A model generated the notes under the pieces. That model did not search any database and was not told where the DNA came from. It saw nothing but the letters and a program-made list of their open reading frames with translations. The translations under genes and the position numbers were made by a program. Shown in pieces: positions 37,819-49,125 of a DNA stretch of 64,000 nucleotides. Origin of the DNA: Clostridia bacterium (GTDB lineage Bacteria > Bacillota > Clostridia > UMGS1883); the NCBI GenBank assembly GCA_045594665.1, contig JAZNYX010000025.1, positions 698-64,697 on the forward strand, given 5' to 3'. The first letter of the stretch is position 1. Each line of letters opens with the position of its first letter.

Positions 37819-39378
37819 TTATTTTGCGTAATCTGTTGTGCGAGTTTCACGGATGAGATTGATTTTAATCTGACCGGGATATTCAAGCTCGCTTTCGATT
37901 TTCTTGACAATTTCTCTTGCCACAAATTCCATATCACCGTCACCGATTTCTTCCGGTTTAACCATAATACGGATTTCACGGCCTGCCTGAATAGCATAAG
38001 ATTTTTCAACGCCTGCGAATGATGTTGCAATTTCTTCAAGCTGCTGGAGCCTCTTTATGTAGGCTTCAATGTTTTCACGTCTTGCACCGGGGCGAGCCGC
38101 ACTGACAGCGTCTGCCGCCTGGACAAGGCAGGCAATAATCGTCTTTGCCTCAACATCACCATGATGTGCTTCTATTGCATGGATAACTTCTTTGTTTTCG
38201 TTATACTTCTTAGCAAGGTCAACACCGATGGAAATATGACTGCCTTCGATTTCATGGTCAACTGCTTTACCAAGATCATGAAGCAGACCTGCTCTCTTCG
38301 CAGTTGCCACATCTACGCCAAGCTCCCCTGCCATAATTCCGGCAACATGGGACACCTCAATAGAATGTTTAAGAACATTCTGACCATAGCTTGTTCTGAA
38401 TTTAAGCTTACCCAAAAGCTTAATAACTTCGGGATGAAGACCATGCACACCCGTATCGAATGTAGCCTGTTCACCCTCCTGTTTAATGGTAGCGTCAACT
38501 TCTTTTCTTGCACGTTCAACCATTTCCTCAATTCTTGAGGGATGGATACGTCCGTCCACGATGAGTTTTTCAAGAGCAACTCTGGCAACCTCTCGTCTTA
38601 TGGGGTCAAATCCCGAAAGGATAACCGCTTCGGGCGTATCATCTATAATAAGATCAATACCCGTGAGAGTTTCAAGTGTTCTTATGTTTCGACCTTCACG
38701 GCCGATAATTCTTCCCTTCATTTCATCATTGGGAAGGGAAACAACAGAAACGGTTGTTTCTGCAACGTGATCAGCGGCACAGCGCTGAATTCCTGCGCTT
38801 ATAATGTTCTTCGCGCGCTTGTCGGCTTCTTCTTTAGCCTGTGTTTCAATTTCCTTAATCATGATTGCAGCTTCGTGACGAACCTCGTCCTCCACATTTT
38901 TAAGCAAATATTCCTTTGCCTCCTCCGCGGTAAGTCCGGAGAGACGTTCAAGAAGTTCCATCTGCGCCTTGTGGATGCCGGCAATCTTTTCCTTTTCATC
39001 ATCGGCTTCTTTGATTTTGCGGTTTAAGGTTTCATCCTTTTTTTCCATAGCTTCCGCTTTTTTATCAAGAGCCTCTTCCTTTTGCTGTAATCTGCGTTCC
39101 TGCCTGGAGATTTCTCCGCGGCGTTCCTTCAGCTCTCTTTCGGCTTCGTTACGATTTTTAATTATCTCTTCCTTAGCGCTGAGAAGCGATTCGCGCTTTT
39201 TGCTTTCAGCTGTTTTAACAGCTTCTTCAACAAGCCTCTTAGCTTCTGCTTCAGCACTGCCTATCTGAGCTTCGGCAATCTTTTTTCTGTGAGATATGCC
39301 GAGTCGAAAACAAATCGTACCGGAGATGACTGCAAGAACTACTGCAACTACAGCAGCAATGGCAATGTGTACCACCAT
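37819..39378 (-). CDS. rny: ribonuclease Y
   Basis: 519 aa; N-terminal TM, coiled coil, KH ([10 protein letters not shown]) and HD (LLHDLGKA) domains. Confidence 0.95.
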   Translation of the reverse strand: MVVHIAIAAVVAVVLAVISGTICFRLGISHRKKIAEAQIGSAEAEAKRLVEEAVKTAESKKRESLLSAKEEIIKNRNEAERELKERRGEISRQERRLQQKEEALDKKAEAMEKKDETLNRKIKEADDEKEKIAGIHKAQMELLERLSGLTAEEAKEYLLKNVEDEVRHEAAIMIKEIETQAKEEADKRAKNIISAGIQRCAADHVAETTVSVVSLPNDEMKGRIIGREGRNIRTLETLTGIDLIIDDTPEAVILSGFDPIRREVARVALEKLIVDGRIHPSRIEEMVERARKEVDATIKQEGEQATFDTGVHGLHPEVIKLLGKLKFRTSYGQNVLKHSIEVSHVAGIMAGELGVDVATAKRAGLLHDLGKAVDHEIEGSHISIGVDLAKKYNENKEVIHAIEAHHGDVEAKTIIACLVQAADAVSAARPGARRENIEAYIKRLQQLEEIATSFAGVEKSYAIQAGREIRIMVKPEEIGDGDMEFVAREIVKKIESELEYPGQIKINLIRETRTTDYAK

Positions 39379-39563
39379 TGTAACACCTCCTTATATATAT
39401 TAAGTGGTATAAACGCGGCATAAACACATCATATTGAGCATGCCATGCCTACAAAACCACATATATATTATATATATGTTTACTAAAACTGTCAAGAAAT
39501 TTTCTCAGGTTTTGGTGTTTTTTTGTATTTTCGAAGCTTATGAGAAAATTTTCAAAAAAATAG

Positions 39564-39592
39564 TTGCAATCATAAAAATTATGTGTTATAAT
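39564..39592 (+). promoter_or_regulatory. rpmE promoter TTGCAA-17-TATAAT with extended -10 TG
   Basis: -35 at 39564..39569, -10 at 39587..39592. Confidence 0.6.
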
Positions 39593-39659
39593 AGCTTTCG
39601 CTGAATTGGTGTTTAATTTTTTTTAATATATCTCATTTTTTTGGAAAGAGGTGAATGTC

Positions 39660-39863
39660 GTGAGAGAAGGTATCCATCCCGATTATAAGCAGACTGTTAT
39701 TAAGTGTGCATGCGGCAATGTAATAGAAACAGGTTCTACAAAGGAAAACATCTTCGTTGAAATTTGTGCTAAGTGCCATCCTTTCTTTACAGGAAAGCAG
39801 AAGCTTGTTGATACAGGCGGTCGTGTTGAAAAGTTCAGAAAGAAGTTCAATATGGACAAATAA
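39660..39863 (+). CDS. rpmE: 50S ribosomal protein L31 (Zn-ribbon type A)
   Basis: GTG start after AAGAGGTG; [20 protein letters not shown]...[12 protein letters not shown]. Confidence 0.9.
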   Translation: MREGIHPDYKQTVIKCACGNVIETGSTKENIFVEICAKCHPFFTGKQKLVDTGGRVEKFRKKFNMDK

Positions 39864-39867
39864 TTGC

Positions 39868-39899
39868 AAAGGCAGCCTGCAGGGGCTGTCTTTTGTTTT
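39868..39899 (+). terminator. intrinsic terminator after rpmE
   Basis: ggcagcc-tgcagg-ggctgtc followed by TTTTGTTTT. Confidence 0.8.
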
Positions 39900-39911
39900 G
39901 GAGCTGATTTT

Positions 39912-40625
39912 ATGAATACCCATATGTACAAATATAAGTATGATTTGCATGTTCACACCTCTCCCGCAAGCAAATGCGGAGACTTTTCTCCCAGGGAAGT
40001 GATTGACAGATATTCGGACGCAGGTTTTCATGGGATAGTTATTACCAACCATTTTTCGCTTGTCGCCATGAATCCCCTTAAATCAAAAGAGGAATATCTT
40101 AATTTCTACCTCTCTGATTATAATGAAGCTCTCTCTTACGGCAAGGAAAAAGGGTTAGACGTCCTTCTCGGTGCGGAAATGCGTTTTCCCGAAAATGACA
40201 ATGATTACCTTGTATACGGAATTGATGAAAAGGATTTATATACTGCATATGATTACCTTTTCACAGAGTATGAAAAATTCTATCGTGAATTTAAAAATGG
40301 GCATAATATAATTATTCAGGCACATCCCTTCCGTTCTTCATGCACTCTTCAAAGCCTTGATATAATTGACGGCATCGAGGTTTTCAATATGCACCCCGGT
40401 CACAACTCCCGTGTAGCGGTTGCAGCAAAGACGGCACATGAGAATCCGCATCTTTTGATAACAGGCGGCAGCGATTTTCACCACGAAAATCATCAGGGAA
40501 TGTGCGGAGTCTGCCTTAAAGAGAGAATTACCGATTCTTTCTCTATGGCAAAGGTTATTAAATCCCGTGACTATATTTTTGACATATGGGGAAATAAAAT
40601 AATACCTTCAAACAGCAATCTTTAA
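39912..40625 (+). CDS. PHP-domain metal-dependent phosphoesterase
   Basis: start set at ATG 39912 (GGAG RBS, downstream of the terminator); YDLHVHTSPAS...ITNHF...QAHPFR...GGSDFHH. Confidence 0.75.
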   Translation: MNTHMYKYKYDLHVHTSPASKCGDFSPREVIDRYSDAGFHGIVITNHFSLVAMNPLKSKEEYLNFYLSDYNEALSYGKEKGLDVLLGAEMRFPENDNDYLVYGIDEKDLYTAYDYLFTEYEKFYREFKNGHNIIIQAHPFRSSCTLQSLDIIDGIEVFNMHPGHNSRVAVAAKTAHENPHLLITGGSDFHHENHQGMCGVCLKERITDSFSMAKVIKSRDYIFDIWGNKIIPSNSNL

Positions 40626-40693
40626 ATTCTTTTATTGATTTCTTTGTCGGTATATGGTAAAATATGTATAAATTCTTTTAAGGAGCTTTGTCT

Positions 40694-41806
40694 ATGCGTG
40701 TACTGATGCTGACCTGCAACACAGGTGAAGGCCATAATTCGGCTGCAAGAGCAATAAAAGAACATTTTGATAATGCAGGCATTCATTGCGAAACGGCAGA
40801 TTCTCTGGCTTTTCTGTCGCAGAAAGCATCTAATTTTATCTGCAAGTGGAACATACGCCTTTACAAGCGTGCCCCCATGCTTTTCGGATTTGGTTATAAG
40901 ACAGCCGAAAAAACAGATATAAGGCACAAGAAATCCATGATTTACGAAATTGTGGGAAAAGGTGCAAGAAAGCTTATAAAAAAAATTCAAAGCGGAAATT
41001 TCGACACTGTAATCTGCACGCATCCCTTTGCGGCAATGACGCTTACACGTGCCATTGTAAAATATAAGCTTTCCATAAAAAAATCATATTTTGTTGCAAC
41101 GGATTATACCTGCAGCCCCGGTGTCAGCACCAGTAAGCTTGACCATTATATGATAGCTCACGAAAGCCTTATTGACGAATTTATCGAGCATGACATTCCC
41201 AAGGAGAAGATTTTCCCGGCAGGTATCCCTGTCAGCAATAAAATCCTCTCCCCGCTTTCTTCGGAAGAATGTAAAAAAGAGCTTGCCATAGCAAAGGACA
41301 AGCGTGTGATTCTCCTTATGTGCGGAAGCATCGGCTGCGGTCCCATGAAAGTAATCGCAAGGAGACTTTCGGAGCTTCTTCGGGAAGATGAAATGCTTGT
41401 TGTAATATGCGGAACAAATTACAGCCTGTATAATAAGCTAAAAGAGCTTGAAAATCCACGCTCTGTCCGCATCCTTGGGTACACAAATAAAATTCCTCTG
41501 TATCTTAACTGTGCATCTTTGATTATCACTAAGCCGGGAGGGCTTTCTTCTACGGAGGCGGCGGCAAGCCATCTTCCCATGATTCTGATAGATGCCGTGG
41601 CAGGGGTTGAAACCCACAATATGAACTTCTGGGTTAATAACTCTATGGCAAAAACTGCCCAGACCCCCGAAGAAATCACTACTCTCGCCCGCTACCTTAT
41701 GGATAATGAGGACGAGCTTTCAAAAATGAAAAATAAGCTTTTAGAAAATTTCAAGGAAAGCTCTTCCGAGAAGATTTTCCGATTTGTTTTAGAAAACGAC
41801 AAATAA
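40694..41806 (+). CDS. MGDG-synthase/UgtP-like diacylglycerol glycosyltransferase (GT28 family)
   Basis: MRVLMLTCNTGEGHNSAARAIKEHF...; C-terminal ITKPGGLSSTEA. Confidence 0.8.
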   Translation: MRVLMLTCNTGEGHNSAARAIKEHFDNAGIHCETADSLAFLSQKASNFICKWNIRLYKRAPMLFGFGYKTAEKTDIRHKKSMIYEIVGKGARKLIKKIQSGNFDTVICTHPFAAMTLTRAIVKYKLSIKKSYFVATDYTCSPGVSTSKLDHYMIAHESLIDEFIEHDIPKEKIFPAGIPVSNKILSPLSSEECKKELAIAKDKRVILLMCGSIGCGPMKVIARRLSELLREDEMLVVICGTNYSLYNKLKELENPRSVRILGYTNKIPLYLNCASLIITKPGGLSSTEAAASHLPMILIDAVAGVETHNMNFWVNNSMAKTAQTPEEITTLARYLMDNEDELSKMKNKLLENFKESSSEKIFRFVLENDK

Positions 41807-41905
41807 ATTTATTAAATTACCGTTAAGATTTCCTCCGTTTTATTGACATAAAGACGGAGGAATGATATTATATATAGGATTAGCCGAAACGGAGGAAAAT
41901 ATATT

Positions 41906-44644
41906 ATGGCAGGTTTACTTGAAAAGCTCTTTGGGACCTATTCACAAAGAGAACTTAAAAAAATTCAGCCACTTGTTGACAAGGTTCTTTCTTATGAGGA
42001 AGAATTTAAGGCACTTTCCGACAATGAATTGAAAATGAAAACAGATGAGTTTAAAACCCGTCTTAAAAACGGGGAAACTCTTGATGATATTTTACCCGAA
42101 GCTTTTGCAACCGTACGTGAGGCTTCGTGGCGTGTTCTGGAAATGCGTCACTTCCCCGTTCAGATTATAGGCGGTATTGTGCTTCATCAGGGCAGAATTG
42201 CCGAAATGAAAACAGGTGAAGGTAAAACCTTGGTTGCTACGCTTCCTGCCTATCTTAATGCTCTTACGGGCGAAGGCGTTCATATTGTAACGGTTAATGA
42301 CTATCTTGCACGCCGAGACAGTGAGTGGATGGGTAAGCTTTACAGATTTTTGGGACTTAGCGTAGGACTTGCGGTAAGTCAGATGCCCCCCGAGGAAAAG
42401 CAGAAGGCTTACAATGCCGACATTACCTACGGCACAAATAACGAGATGGGCTTTGACTATCTTCGTGATAACATGGTTATCTACAAGCAGAACATGGTAC
42501 AGAGAGGACATGCTTTTGCCATAGTGGATGAGGTTGACTCCATCTTGATTGACGAAGCACGTACCCCCCTTATTATCAGCGGCGCAGGGGAAGAATCCAC
42601 CCAGCTTTACACCATTGCCGACAGATTTGTACGCACGCTTTCCTCCCTTAAATTTAAAGAGCTTGATTCCAAAGAGGAAACAGACGATATTGATGCAGAT
42701 TATATTATTGATGAGAAAGCCAAAACCGTCACCCTTACAAAAAGAGGTGTGGAAAAGGCTGAACGTGCATTTAACGTAGAAAACCTTTCCGACCCCGAAA
42801 ATATGACCTTGATGCACCATATCAATCAGGCAATGCGTGCCCACGGCACAATGCACAGAGATGTGAATTACGTTGTTAAGGACGGCGAGGTTCTTATTGT
42901 CGATGAATTTACAGGGCGCATCATGATTGGCAGACGTTACAGTGACGGTCTTCATCAGGCAATAGAAGCCAAGGAAAATGTAAAGGTTGAGAGGGAGAAC
43001 AGAACTCTTGCTACAATTACTTTCCAGAACTATTTCCGTCTTTACAAGAAATTAAGCGGTATGACTGGTACTGCAAAGACAGAGGAAGAAGAATTCCGGG
43101 GAATATACTCACTTGACGTTATTGAGATTCCCACAAATAAACCTCTTGCAAGAATTGACGAGAACGACCGCGTATATTTAAATCACCGCGGCAAGATAAA
43201 GGCTATTGCCGACGAAATTGCCCGTGTTCACGCTACAGGTCAGCCCATATTGGTGGGTACTGTCACCATTGACAAGTCCGAAGAACTCAGTGCAGTTTTA
43301 AAGGCACGGGGAATAAAGCATCAGGTGCTTAATGCAAAGCATCACGATAAAGAAGCCTTGATAGTTGCACAGGCGGGTAAAAAAGGTGCGGTAACAATTG
43401 CCACGAACATGGCAGGCCGCGGTACGGATATTATGCTGGGCGGTAATGCCGAGTACATGGCAAAAACCGACATGGCAAAGCAGGGATACAGTGACGAATT
43501 GATTTCTGAGGCAACAGGCTTTGCCGACACGGAAGATGAGGCAATTTTAGAGGCTCGTGCAAAGTATAGTGAGCTTTATGCAAAATATAAATCGGAAATA
43601 GAATCCGAGGCACAGGAGGTTCGCTCTCTTGGCGGACTTTACATTATGGGTACGGAGCGTCATGAATCACGCCGAATAGACAATCAGCTCCGAGGCAGAA
43701 GCGGAAGACAGGGAGACCCCGGAAACTCCAGATTCTTCCTTGGTCTTGATGATGACCTGATGCGTCTTTTCGGAGGCGAGCGTATAGAAAGAATGATAGG
43801 TGCTCTTAAGCTCCCGGAAGATGAGCCTATTGAGCAGGGAATCCTTACAAGCGTAATCGAAAATTCCCAGAAGAAGGTAGAGGGCAAAAACTTTGCCGCA
43901 AGAAAGTACGTTCTCCAGTATGATGACGTTATGAATCAGCAGCGTAATACCATATACGCTGACCGCCGCAGAGTGCTTAATGGCGAGGACGTCAGCGATT
44001 ATGTTATGATGATGATTGGGGAAATCATTGACGGAGCTTTTGAAACCTATGCAAGTGCCGAATACCCCGACGATTGGAATATGGCAGGGCTTATCGATTA
44101 CCTTGAAAGCATGTTCTTTGGCAAAGGAACGTTGGATTTTGAAAGCCGTGACTATAACAATATGGACAAAAAATCTGTCCGCAATGAAGTTTATGATATG
44201 GCAATGAAGGCATACGAGGAACAGAAAGAACTGTTCGGAGAAGCCTTTGGTGAAGTACAGAGAGTTGTTCTTTTAAGAAGTGTTGACAGCCACTGGATGA
44301 ATCATATTGATGATATGGACCATTTAAAAGAGGGCATTAACCTGCGTGCCTACGGTCAGCATGACCCCGTTAAAGAATATACCATTATGGGATTTGATAT
44401 GTTCAACGAAATGAAAATGCGTATCCACGAGGATACCGTGCGGAATCTTTTCCACGCACGACCTCAGGCACCCATCGAAAGAAAAATGGTGGCTACACCG
44501 CTTTCAACCTCCCACGGGGATGGCAGTGATACCAAAAAGCCCGTTAAGAAAACGGCAGAGGAAAAAGTCGGCAGAAACGATCCTTGCCCCTGCGGAAGTG
44601 GTAAAAAGTACAAAGCATGTTGTATGAATAAAAACGGTGAGTGA
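41906..44644 (+). CDS. secA: preprotein translocase ATPase SecA
   Basis: 912 aa; [40 protein letters not shown]-terminal [13 protein letters not shown]. Confidence 0.97.
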   Translation: MAGLLEKLFGTYSQRELKKIQPLVDKVLSYEEEFKALSDNELKMKTDEFKTRLKNGETLDDILPEAFATVREASWRVLEMRHFPVQIIGGIVLHQGRIAEMKTGEGKTLVATLPAYLNALTGEGVHIVTVNDYLARRDSEWMGKLYRFLGLSVGLAVSQMPPEEKQKAYNADITYGTNNEMGFDYLRDNMVIYKQNMVQRGHAFAIVDEVDSILIDEARTPLIISGAGEESTQLYTIADRFVRTLSSLKFKELDSKEETDDIDADYIIDEKAKTVTLTKRGVEKAERAFNVENLSDPENMTLMHHINQAMRAHGTMHRDVNYVVKDGEVLIVDEFTGRIMIGRRYSDGLHQAIEAKENVKVERENRTLATITFQNYFRLYKKLSGMTGTAKTEEEEFRGIYSLDVIEIPTNKPLARIDENDRVYLNHRGKIKAIADEIARVHATGQPILVGTVTIDKSEELSAVLKARGIKHQVLNAKHHDKEALIVAQAGKKGAVTIATNMAGRGTDIMLGGNAEYMAKTDMAKQGYSDELISEATGFADTEDEAILEARAKYSELYAKYKSEIESEAQEVRSLGGLYIMGTERHESRRIDNQLRGRSGRQGDPGNSRFFLGLDDDLMRLFGGERIERMIGALKLPEDEPIEQGILTSVIENSQKKVEGKNFAARKYVLQYDDVMNQQRNTIYADRRRVLNGEDVSDYVMMMIGEIIDGAFETYASAEYPDDWNMAGLIDYLESMFFGKGTLDFESRDYNNMDKKSVRNEVYDMAMKAYEEQKELFGEAFGEVQRVVLLRSVDSHWMNHIDDMDHLKEGINLRAYGQHDPVKEYTIMGFDMFNEMKMRIHEDTVRNLFHARPQAPIERKMVATPLSTSHGDGSDTKKPVKKTAEEKVGRNDPCPCGSGKKYKACCMNKNGE

Positions 44645-44685
44645 TAACATCACTTAGTTTTAGTTCTCTGAAAGGAAGAAGATAA

Positions 44686-45810
44686 ATGATAGTTGAATAC
44701 GAACAGATACGTCTTGACCTTGTCGCTATGGAAAAGCCCATCCAGGAACTTGGTATTGCACTTGATATTGACGGTGCAAAGGACACAATTGCAAAATTAG
44801 AACAGGAAACCCTTGCTCCCGATTTTTATAATGACATGAAGAACAGTCAGAAGGTGTTGCAGAAAATCAAGGAGCAGTCAAATAAAATCGAAAGATTCAA
44901 ATCACTCCAAGGTGATTGGGAGGACATGACAACATTGGTTGAGCTTGCAATTGCCGAAGATGACGAAACTCTTTTGGAAGAAATTCAGACGGGATTTAAC
45001 ACCCTTGCCGAAAAAATTGAGAATATGAAGCTTGAAACACTTCTCTCAGGTCCTTACGACAAGAGTAATGCCATTATTACTCTCCACGCAGGAGCAGGCG
45101 GAACAGAGGCACAGGACTGGTGCCAGATGCTCTACAGAATGTATCAGATGTGGGCAGAGTCAAGAGGATATAAGGTATCGGTGCTTGACATTCTTGACGG
45201 AGATGAAGCAGGTCTCAAGGGTGCAAGTATTCTCCTTGAAGGACTTAATGCATACGGCTTTGCTAAATGTGAAAAGGGTATTCACCGCTTAGTCAGAATT
45301 TCCCCCTTTGATTCCGCAGGAAGAAGACACACCTCCTTTGCCTCTGTTGAGGTAATGCCTGATATTGAGGACGATATCGAAATCAATATCAATCCCGATG
45401 ACCTTCGTATAGATACTTATCGTGCAAGCGGTGCGGGCGGTCAGCACGTAAATAAAACAAGCTCGGCTATCCGTATCACACATATTCCCACAGGCGTTGT
45501 TGTTGCCTGTCAGAACGAACGCAGTCAGTTCCAGAATAAGGACACTGCCATGAAGATGCTTAAGGCTAAGCTTATGGAGCTTGCAGAAGCCGAGCAGAAA
45601 GAAAAGATTGAAGATATTAAGGGTGTGCAAAAGGAAATTGCATGGGGCAGTCAGATTCGTTCCTATGTATTCCACCCCTATAACATGGTTAAAGACCACA
45701 GAACAAACTACGAAGTGGGTAATATCGGTGCCGTAATGGACGGCGGTCTTGACGGTTTCATCAACGACTACCTTAAAAAAGCAAGTTTAGGTCAATTAAA
45801 TCTAAAATAA
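44686..45810 (+). CDS. prfB: peptide chain release factor 2 (single uninterrupted ORF)
   Basis: 374 aa; SPF motif (RISPFDSAGRRHTSF) and GGQ (ASGAGGQHVNKT). Confidence 0.95.
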   Translation: MIVEYEQIRLDLVAMEKPIQELGIALDIDGAKDTIAKLEQETLAPDFYNDMKNSQKVLQKIKEQSNKIERFKSLQGDWEDMTTLVELAIAEDDETLLEEIQTGFNTLAEKIENMKLETLLSGPYDKSNAIITLHAGAGGTEAQDWCQMLYRMYQMWAESRGYKVSVLDILDGDEAGLKGASILLEGLNAYGFAKCEKGIHRLVRISPFDSAGRRHTSFASVEVMPDIEDDIEININPDDLRIDTYRASGAGGQHVNKTSSAIRITHIPTGVVVACQNERSQFQNKDTAMKMLKAKLMELAEAEQKEKIEDIKGVQKEIAWGSQIRSYVFHPYNMVKDHRTNYEVGNIGAVMDGGLDGFINDYLKKASLGQLNLK

Positions 45811-45845
45811 GCAAAGAATCTCGCCGAAAGGCGAGATTCTTTGCT
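45811..45845. terminator. bidirectional terminator between prfB and queT
   Basis: gcaaagaatctcgcc-gaaa-ggcgagattctttgc. Confidence 0.8.
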
Positions 45846-46321
45846 TATTTAAACATCTTTGTTTTATCTATTGCCCTTGCCAGCATTACACCCAGTATTC
45901 CGCAGGATATGAGTTCGCCTATAAATACCGTCATAAATATAAACCAATATCCCTCGCTTACTCCATATGCCAGCTTTAACACAAAGGGAATTATAATCGA
46001 ATTTGCCGCTATAGGGAACACCGCCGCCATATAGCGGTTTTTTCCTAAATAGTACGTCCCCAACGCTCCCAAAAGAGTAGCCGCAGAGCCGAATATTATA
46101 TCCCACAAAGCCGCCCCCGTCAAAAGGTTTGCCGCAATGCACCCTGCAAAAAGCCCCGGCACTGCCGAAAAAGTAAGCATGGGAAGAATCGTCAGTGCTT
46201 CCGAAATACGCACCTGAATTACTCCGCTTGCCAGCCCCAAAAGATTGCTTATATATGTCAGTACCACATATAAAGCCGCTATTAATGCACCTTGGGTTAA
46301 AAACTGTGTTTTCTTTCTCAT
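45845..46321 (-). CDS. queT: queuosine-precursor transporter QueT (ECF S-component type)
   Basis: 158 aa; five or six TM segments; ...IQVRISEALTILP...FGSAATLLGAL... Confidence 0.8.
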   Translation of the reverse strand: MRKKTQFLTQGALIAALYVVLTYISNLLGLASGVIQVRISEALTILPMLTFSAVPGLFAGCIAANLLTGAALWDIIFGSAATLLGALGTYYLGKNRYMAAVFPIAANSIIIPFVLKLAYGVSEGYWFIFMTVFIGELISCGILGVMLARAIDKTKMFK

Positions 46322-46330
46322 TTTTTATTT

Positions 46331-46390
46331 CTCCTTAGTTTTGATTTTCTGTATCTCTATACAGAGGCGAGGATGGTTTCGAACTCGCCA
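46331..46390 (-). promoter_or_regulatory. candidate preQ1-I-like riboswitch aptamer overlapping the queT Shine-Dalgarno sequence
   Basis: minus strand: GGCGAG-UUCGAAACCAUC-CUCGCC, then a hairpin, then AAAAUCAAAACUAAGGAG; loop and tail resemble preQ1-I; the queT context fits. Confidence 0.4.
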
Positions 46391-46528
46391 TAGCCTCCCT
46401 TGCCTAAAGGGTTGATTTCCCCGTTGGGGAAAATGTCCGAAGGACAAAAGGGGCACGCTCGGGAGAGGGGGACCGTCACAGACGGTGGAGGGATTTGTAA
46501 ATATTCCATCACCGGCTATTCCTTAATT

Positions 46529-47683
46529 TTAACCTTTCTTTCCTGATAAATCCTCTGTCAGGGTAAGATTCACGGTTTTCTGTTTTCCATCACGGATAAA
46601 TGTAACGGTTACCTTATCCCCTGCCTTGTATTTATCACGGATTTTATTCATCTGAGTAGCTGTAGTGACTGCTTCTCCCTGCATTTTTATAATAATATCG
46701 CCACGGGTAAGTCCTGCCTTGTACGCACCGCTTCCCTCAGACACACTCATTATATAAAGACCGCTCTCAACGGGAAGATTGTTATAATAAGCAATTTCCT
46801 TTGTTATCTCACGCACAGATACGCCAATAATGGGTCTGCCCTTCACGTACCCGTATTTAACCAAATCCTGAACAATGGGGACAGCCTCATTCATGGGAAT
46901 GGCAAAGCCCAGTCCCTCTGCGGAATTATCCACTAACTTTACACTGTTGATTCCGATAACCTCGCCGTACTTATTTATAAGTGCACCGCCGCTGTTACCG
47001 GGAGAAATAGCGGCATCGGTCTGAATAAGTGTCATTTCACGCTCATCTACAACCATGCTTCTGTTCACTCCGCTGATAACACCTGCGGTTACGGTTCCGA
47101 AAAGCTCGCTTGCCATGGGATTTCCTATTGCAACTGCCAAAGAACCCACTTCCACTTCGTCGGAATTTCCTATAACCGCAACGTGAAGCTCTTCTTTTGC
47201 ATCTATTTTAAGTACAGCTATATCGGTTTTTTCATCTCCGCCTATAACCTTTGCCTCGTATTTACCGCCGCTTGTAAGATTTACGGTGATGGTCTGTGCG
47301 CCGTTGATTACGTGGTAATTGGTCACAATCTGACCGTCCTTGCCTATGATTATTCCGCTGCCGATAGACTCTGAATTCTGAGTTCCGTAAAATGTACGTA
47401 CAGGCGTAGTACAGGAAATACCCACAATTGAGGGTCCCACCTGCTTTGCAATTTCTTCAACGCTCAAAACCTTTTTCTCGGTATCGGTGGATATTACGGA
47501 AAAGCCCTCTCCCTCACTGCCAAAAGGTATGCTTTGGGATAATACAATTTCCCTGTCCGCCGAATCTGCCTTGGGGTTATCAAAATAACCCACAAAGCTT
47601 AAAGTCATAACAGAGGCTATCATACTTCCTGCGACAGCACCTGAAATGGTGCTGATTATTGTTTTTTTACTCATTTTCCTCAT
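46529..47683 (-). CDS. htrA: HtrA/DegP-family serine protease with PDZ domain, membrane anchored
   Basis: 384 aa; TNYHV, D...AVLKI, GNSGGAL catalytic triad context; C-terminal PDZ. Confidence 0.9.
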   Translation of the reverse strand: MRKMSKKTIISTISGAVAGSMIASVMTLSFVGYFDNPKADSADREIVLSQSIPFGSEGEGFSVISTDTEKKVLSVEEIAKQVGPSIVGISCTTPVRTFYGTQNSESIGSGIIIGKDGQIVTNYHVINGAQTITVNLTSGGKYEAKVIGGDEKTDIAVLKIDAKEELHVAVIGNSDEVEVGSLAVAIGNPMASELFGTVTAGVISGVNRSMVVDEREMTLIQTDAAISPGNSGGALINKYGEVIGINSVKLVDNSAEGLGFAIPMNEAVPIVQDLVKYGYVKGRPIIGVSVREITKEIAYYNNLPVESGLYIMSVSEGSGAYKAGLTRGDIIIKMQGEAVTTATQMNKIRDKYKAGDKVTVTFIRDGKQKTVNLTLTEDLSGKKG

Positions 47684-49125
47684 CCTTTCTTGTTCTGACT
47701 TCCTTCATCCAATATGAAAGTAAAGCGTGCAAAGCTTCCTTCTTCACTTTCGGCATATATTTCTCCGCCATGCTGAGAAATTATGGTTTTTACTATATGA
47801 AGTCCCAATCCGACTCCCTTTTTATCAAAGCTTCGGCTCTTGTCCGATTTATAAAATCTCTCCCAAATATGCCTTAGCTCGTCCTCCGATATGCCTTCAC
47901 CGCTGTTTTTTACCGAAACCTTAACTTTTCCGTTAACTTTTTCGGTTGTAACCTCTATATCGCCGCCCTCGGGGGTAAACTTTATCGCATTGTCAATAAG
48001 GTTTATCATAACTCTTTTTATTGCATCCTTATCGGCAAGGGCAAAGCATTCTTCCTCATCAAGCTCAAGATTAACATTAATTTTCTTATCTGTCAAGCTT
48101 TTCTCATATGTGATAACGCACTCTGCCGCAATACGGTTTATATCCACATTGGTTTTTTCGATTTTGATTTTTCCCTGCTCCAGCCTTGATGACTCCAAAA
48201 GGTCGTTTACCAGGCGACTGAGCCGCTTTATCTCGCTTAGCACAATGTCTAAGTACTTCGCTTTTTGTTCTTCGGCAATGGTTCCGTCCAGAATCCCCTC
48301 CACGAAACCGCCGATAATAGTCATGGGAGTCCGCAATTCATGGGAAACGTCGGAAATGAACGATGCCCTCATCTTTTCAAGCTCATCAAGGGACTGTATC
48401 ATCGAATTAAAGGTCTGTGCGAGCTGTCCTATTTCGTCAGCGGAAGTAACGGGAATACGCTCCCGGAAATTCCCCGAAGCTATGCTCCTTGCCGCAGTAC
48501 GCATTTTTTTAATAGGCTTAAGTATCTGCCTCGTCAGCAAAAATGATACCACAAATGCAAGCACCCATGCGGTTATCTGTGCCATCATAACTATGGTAAT
48601 AATCCTGTTGCGAAGCGACTGAATCTGTGGCATCGGCCTTAGTGCAATGGATGCACCTAAGAATTTTACCTTTCCGGAAACAGCGTCCACATCCTCGATG
48701 GGAGCTATCGCAACAAGGGTTTGCTCATCAAAAGTATCATCCTTATAATAGACCTTTACCACACTTTCTCCGCCCCGTACAAGATCAACATATTCTTTCC
48801 CTATATGTGAAATATTAATCCCTGTCGGATTTTCCGGGCCGGATAAAATCTTACCCTCAGCATTTAAAACTACCATTATACTCTGGCTTCCTGCAAACTC
48901 TATCCCTTTTTCAAAAATTTTCCATGCGTCTGCACCAATCTCATACTCCGATATATGCTCTGTCAATTGGGCAACACGGACAGCATCCTGCAATATAAGC
49001 TCCTCCTGCTCGGATATGAAGTAATCTCCTATAAGCAGAAAAAGTGTGGGGACTACCAAAAATATTATAGTGAGTGACACAAGAAGCTGTGTAATGAAGA
49101 TTTTGGAGAAAAGCGACTTCCGCAT
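47680..49125 (-). CDS. sensor histidine kinase (HAMP + HisKA + HATPase)
   Basis: 481 aa; H-box FISDVSHELRTPMT. Confidence 0.9.
   Translation of the reverse strand: MRKSLFSKIFITQLLVSLTIIFLVVPTLFLLIGDYFISEQEELILQDAVRVAQLTEHISEYEIGADAWKIFEKGIEFAGSQSIMVVLNAEGKILSGPENPTGINISHIGKEYVDLVRGGESVVKVYYKDDTFDEQTLVAIAPIEDVDAVSGKVKFLGASIALRPMPQIQSLRNRIITIVMMAQITAWVLAFVVSFLLTRQILKPIKKMRTAARSIASGNFRERIPVTSADEIGQLAQTFNSMIQSLDELEKMRASFISDVSHELRTPMTIIGGFVEGILDGTIAEEQKAKYLDIVLSEIKRLSRLVNDLLESSRLEQGKIKIEKTNVDINRIAAECVITYEKSLTDKKINVNLELDEEECFALADKDAIKRVMINLIDNAIKFTPEGGDIEVTTEKVNGKVKVSVKNSGEGISEDELRHIWERFYKSDKSRSFDKKGVGLGLHIVKTIISQHGGEIYAESEEGSFARFTFILDEGSQNKKG

Noticed and set aside
39912-40625. PHP-domain protein as the missing histidinol-phosphate phosphatase of the his pathway
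   Set aside because: Only the generic PHP metal motifs are visible. The gene is 9 kb from the his operon and has no linkage evidence, so this cannot be supported from sequence alone.
44686-44800. Expected programmed +1 frameshift (CUU UGA C) near codon 25 of prfB
   Set aside because: The ORF is continuous from ATG 44686 through the equivalent region (...ELGIALDIDGAKDTIAKLEQE...). There is no in-frame UGA and no upstream short ORF, so this RF2 gene does not use frameshifting.
46367-46395. tRNA-like T-arm sequence (gagttcgaaacc) in the queT leader
   Set aside because: The flanking sequence does not form acceptor, D or anticodon arms. It fits better as a riboswitch-like hairpin.
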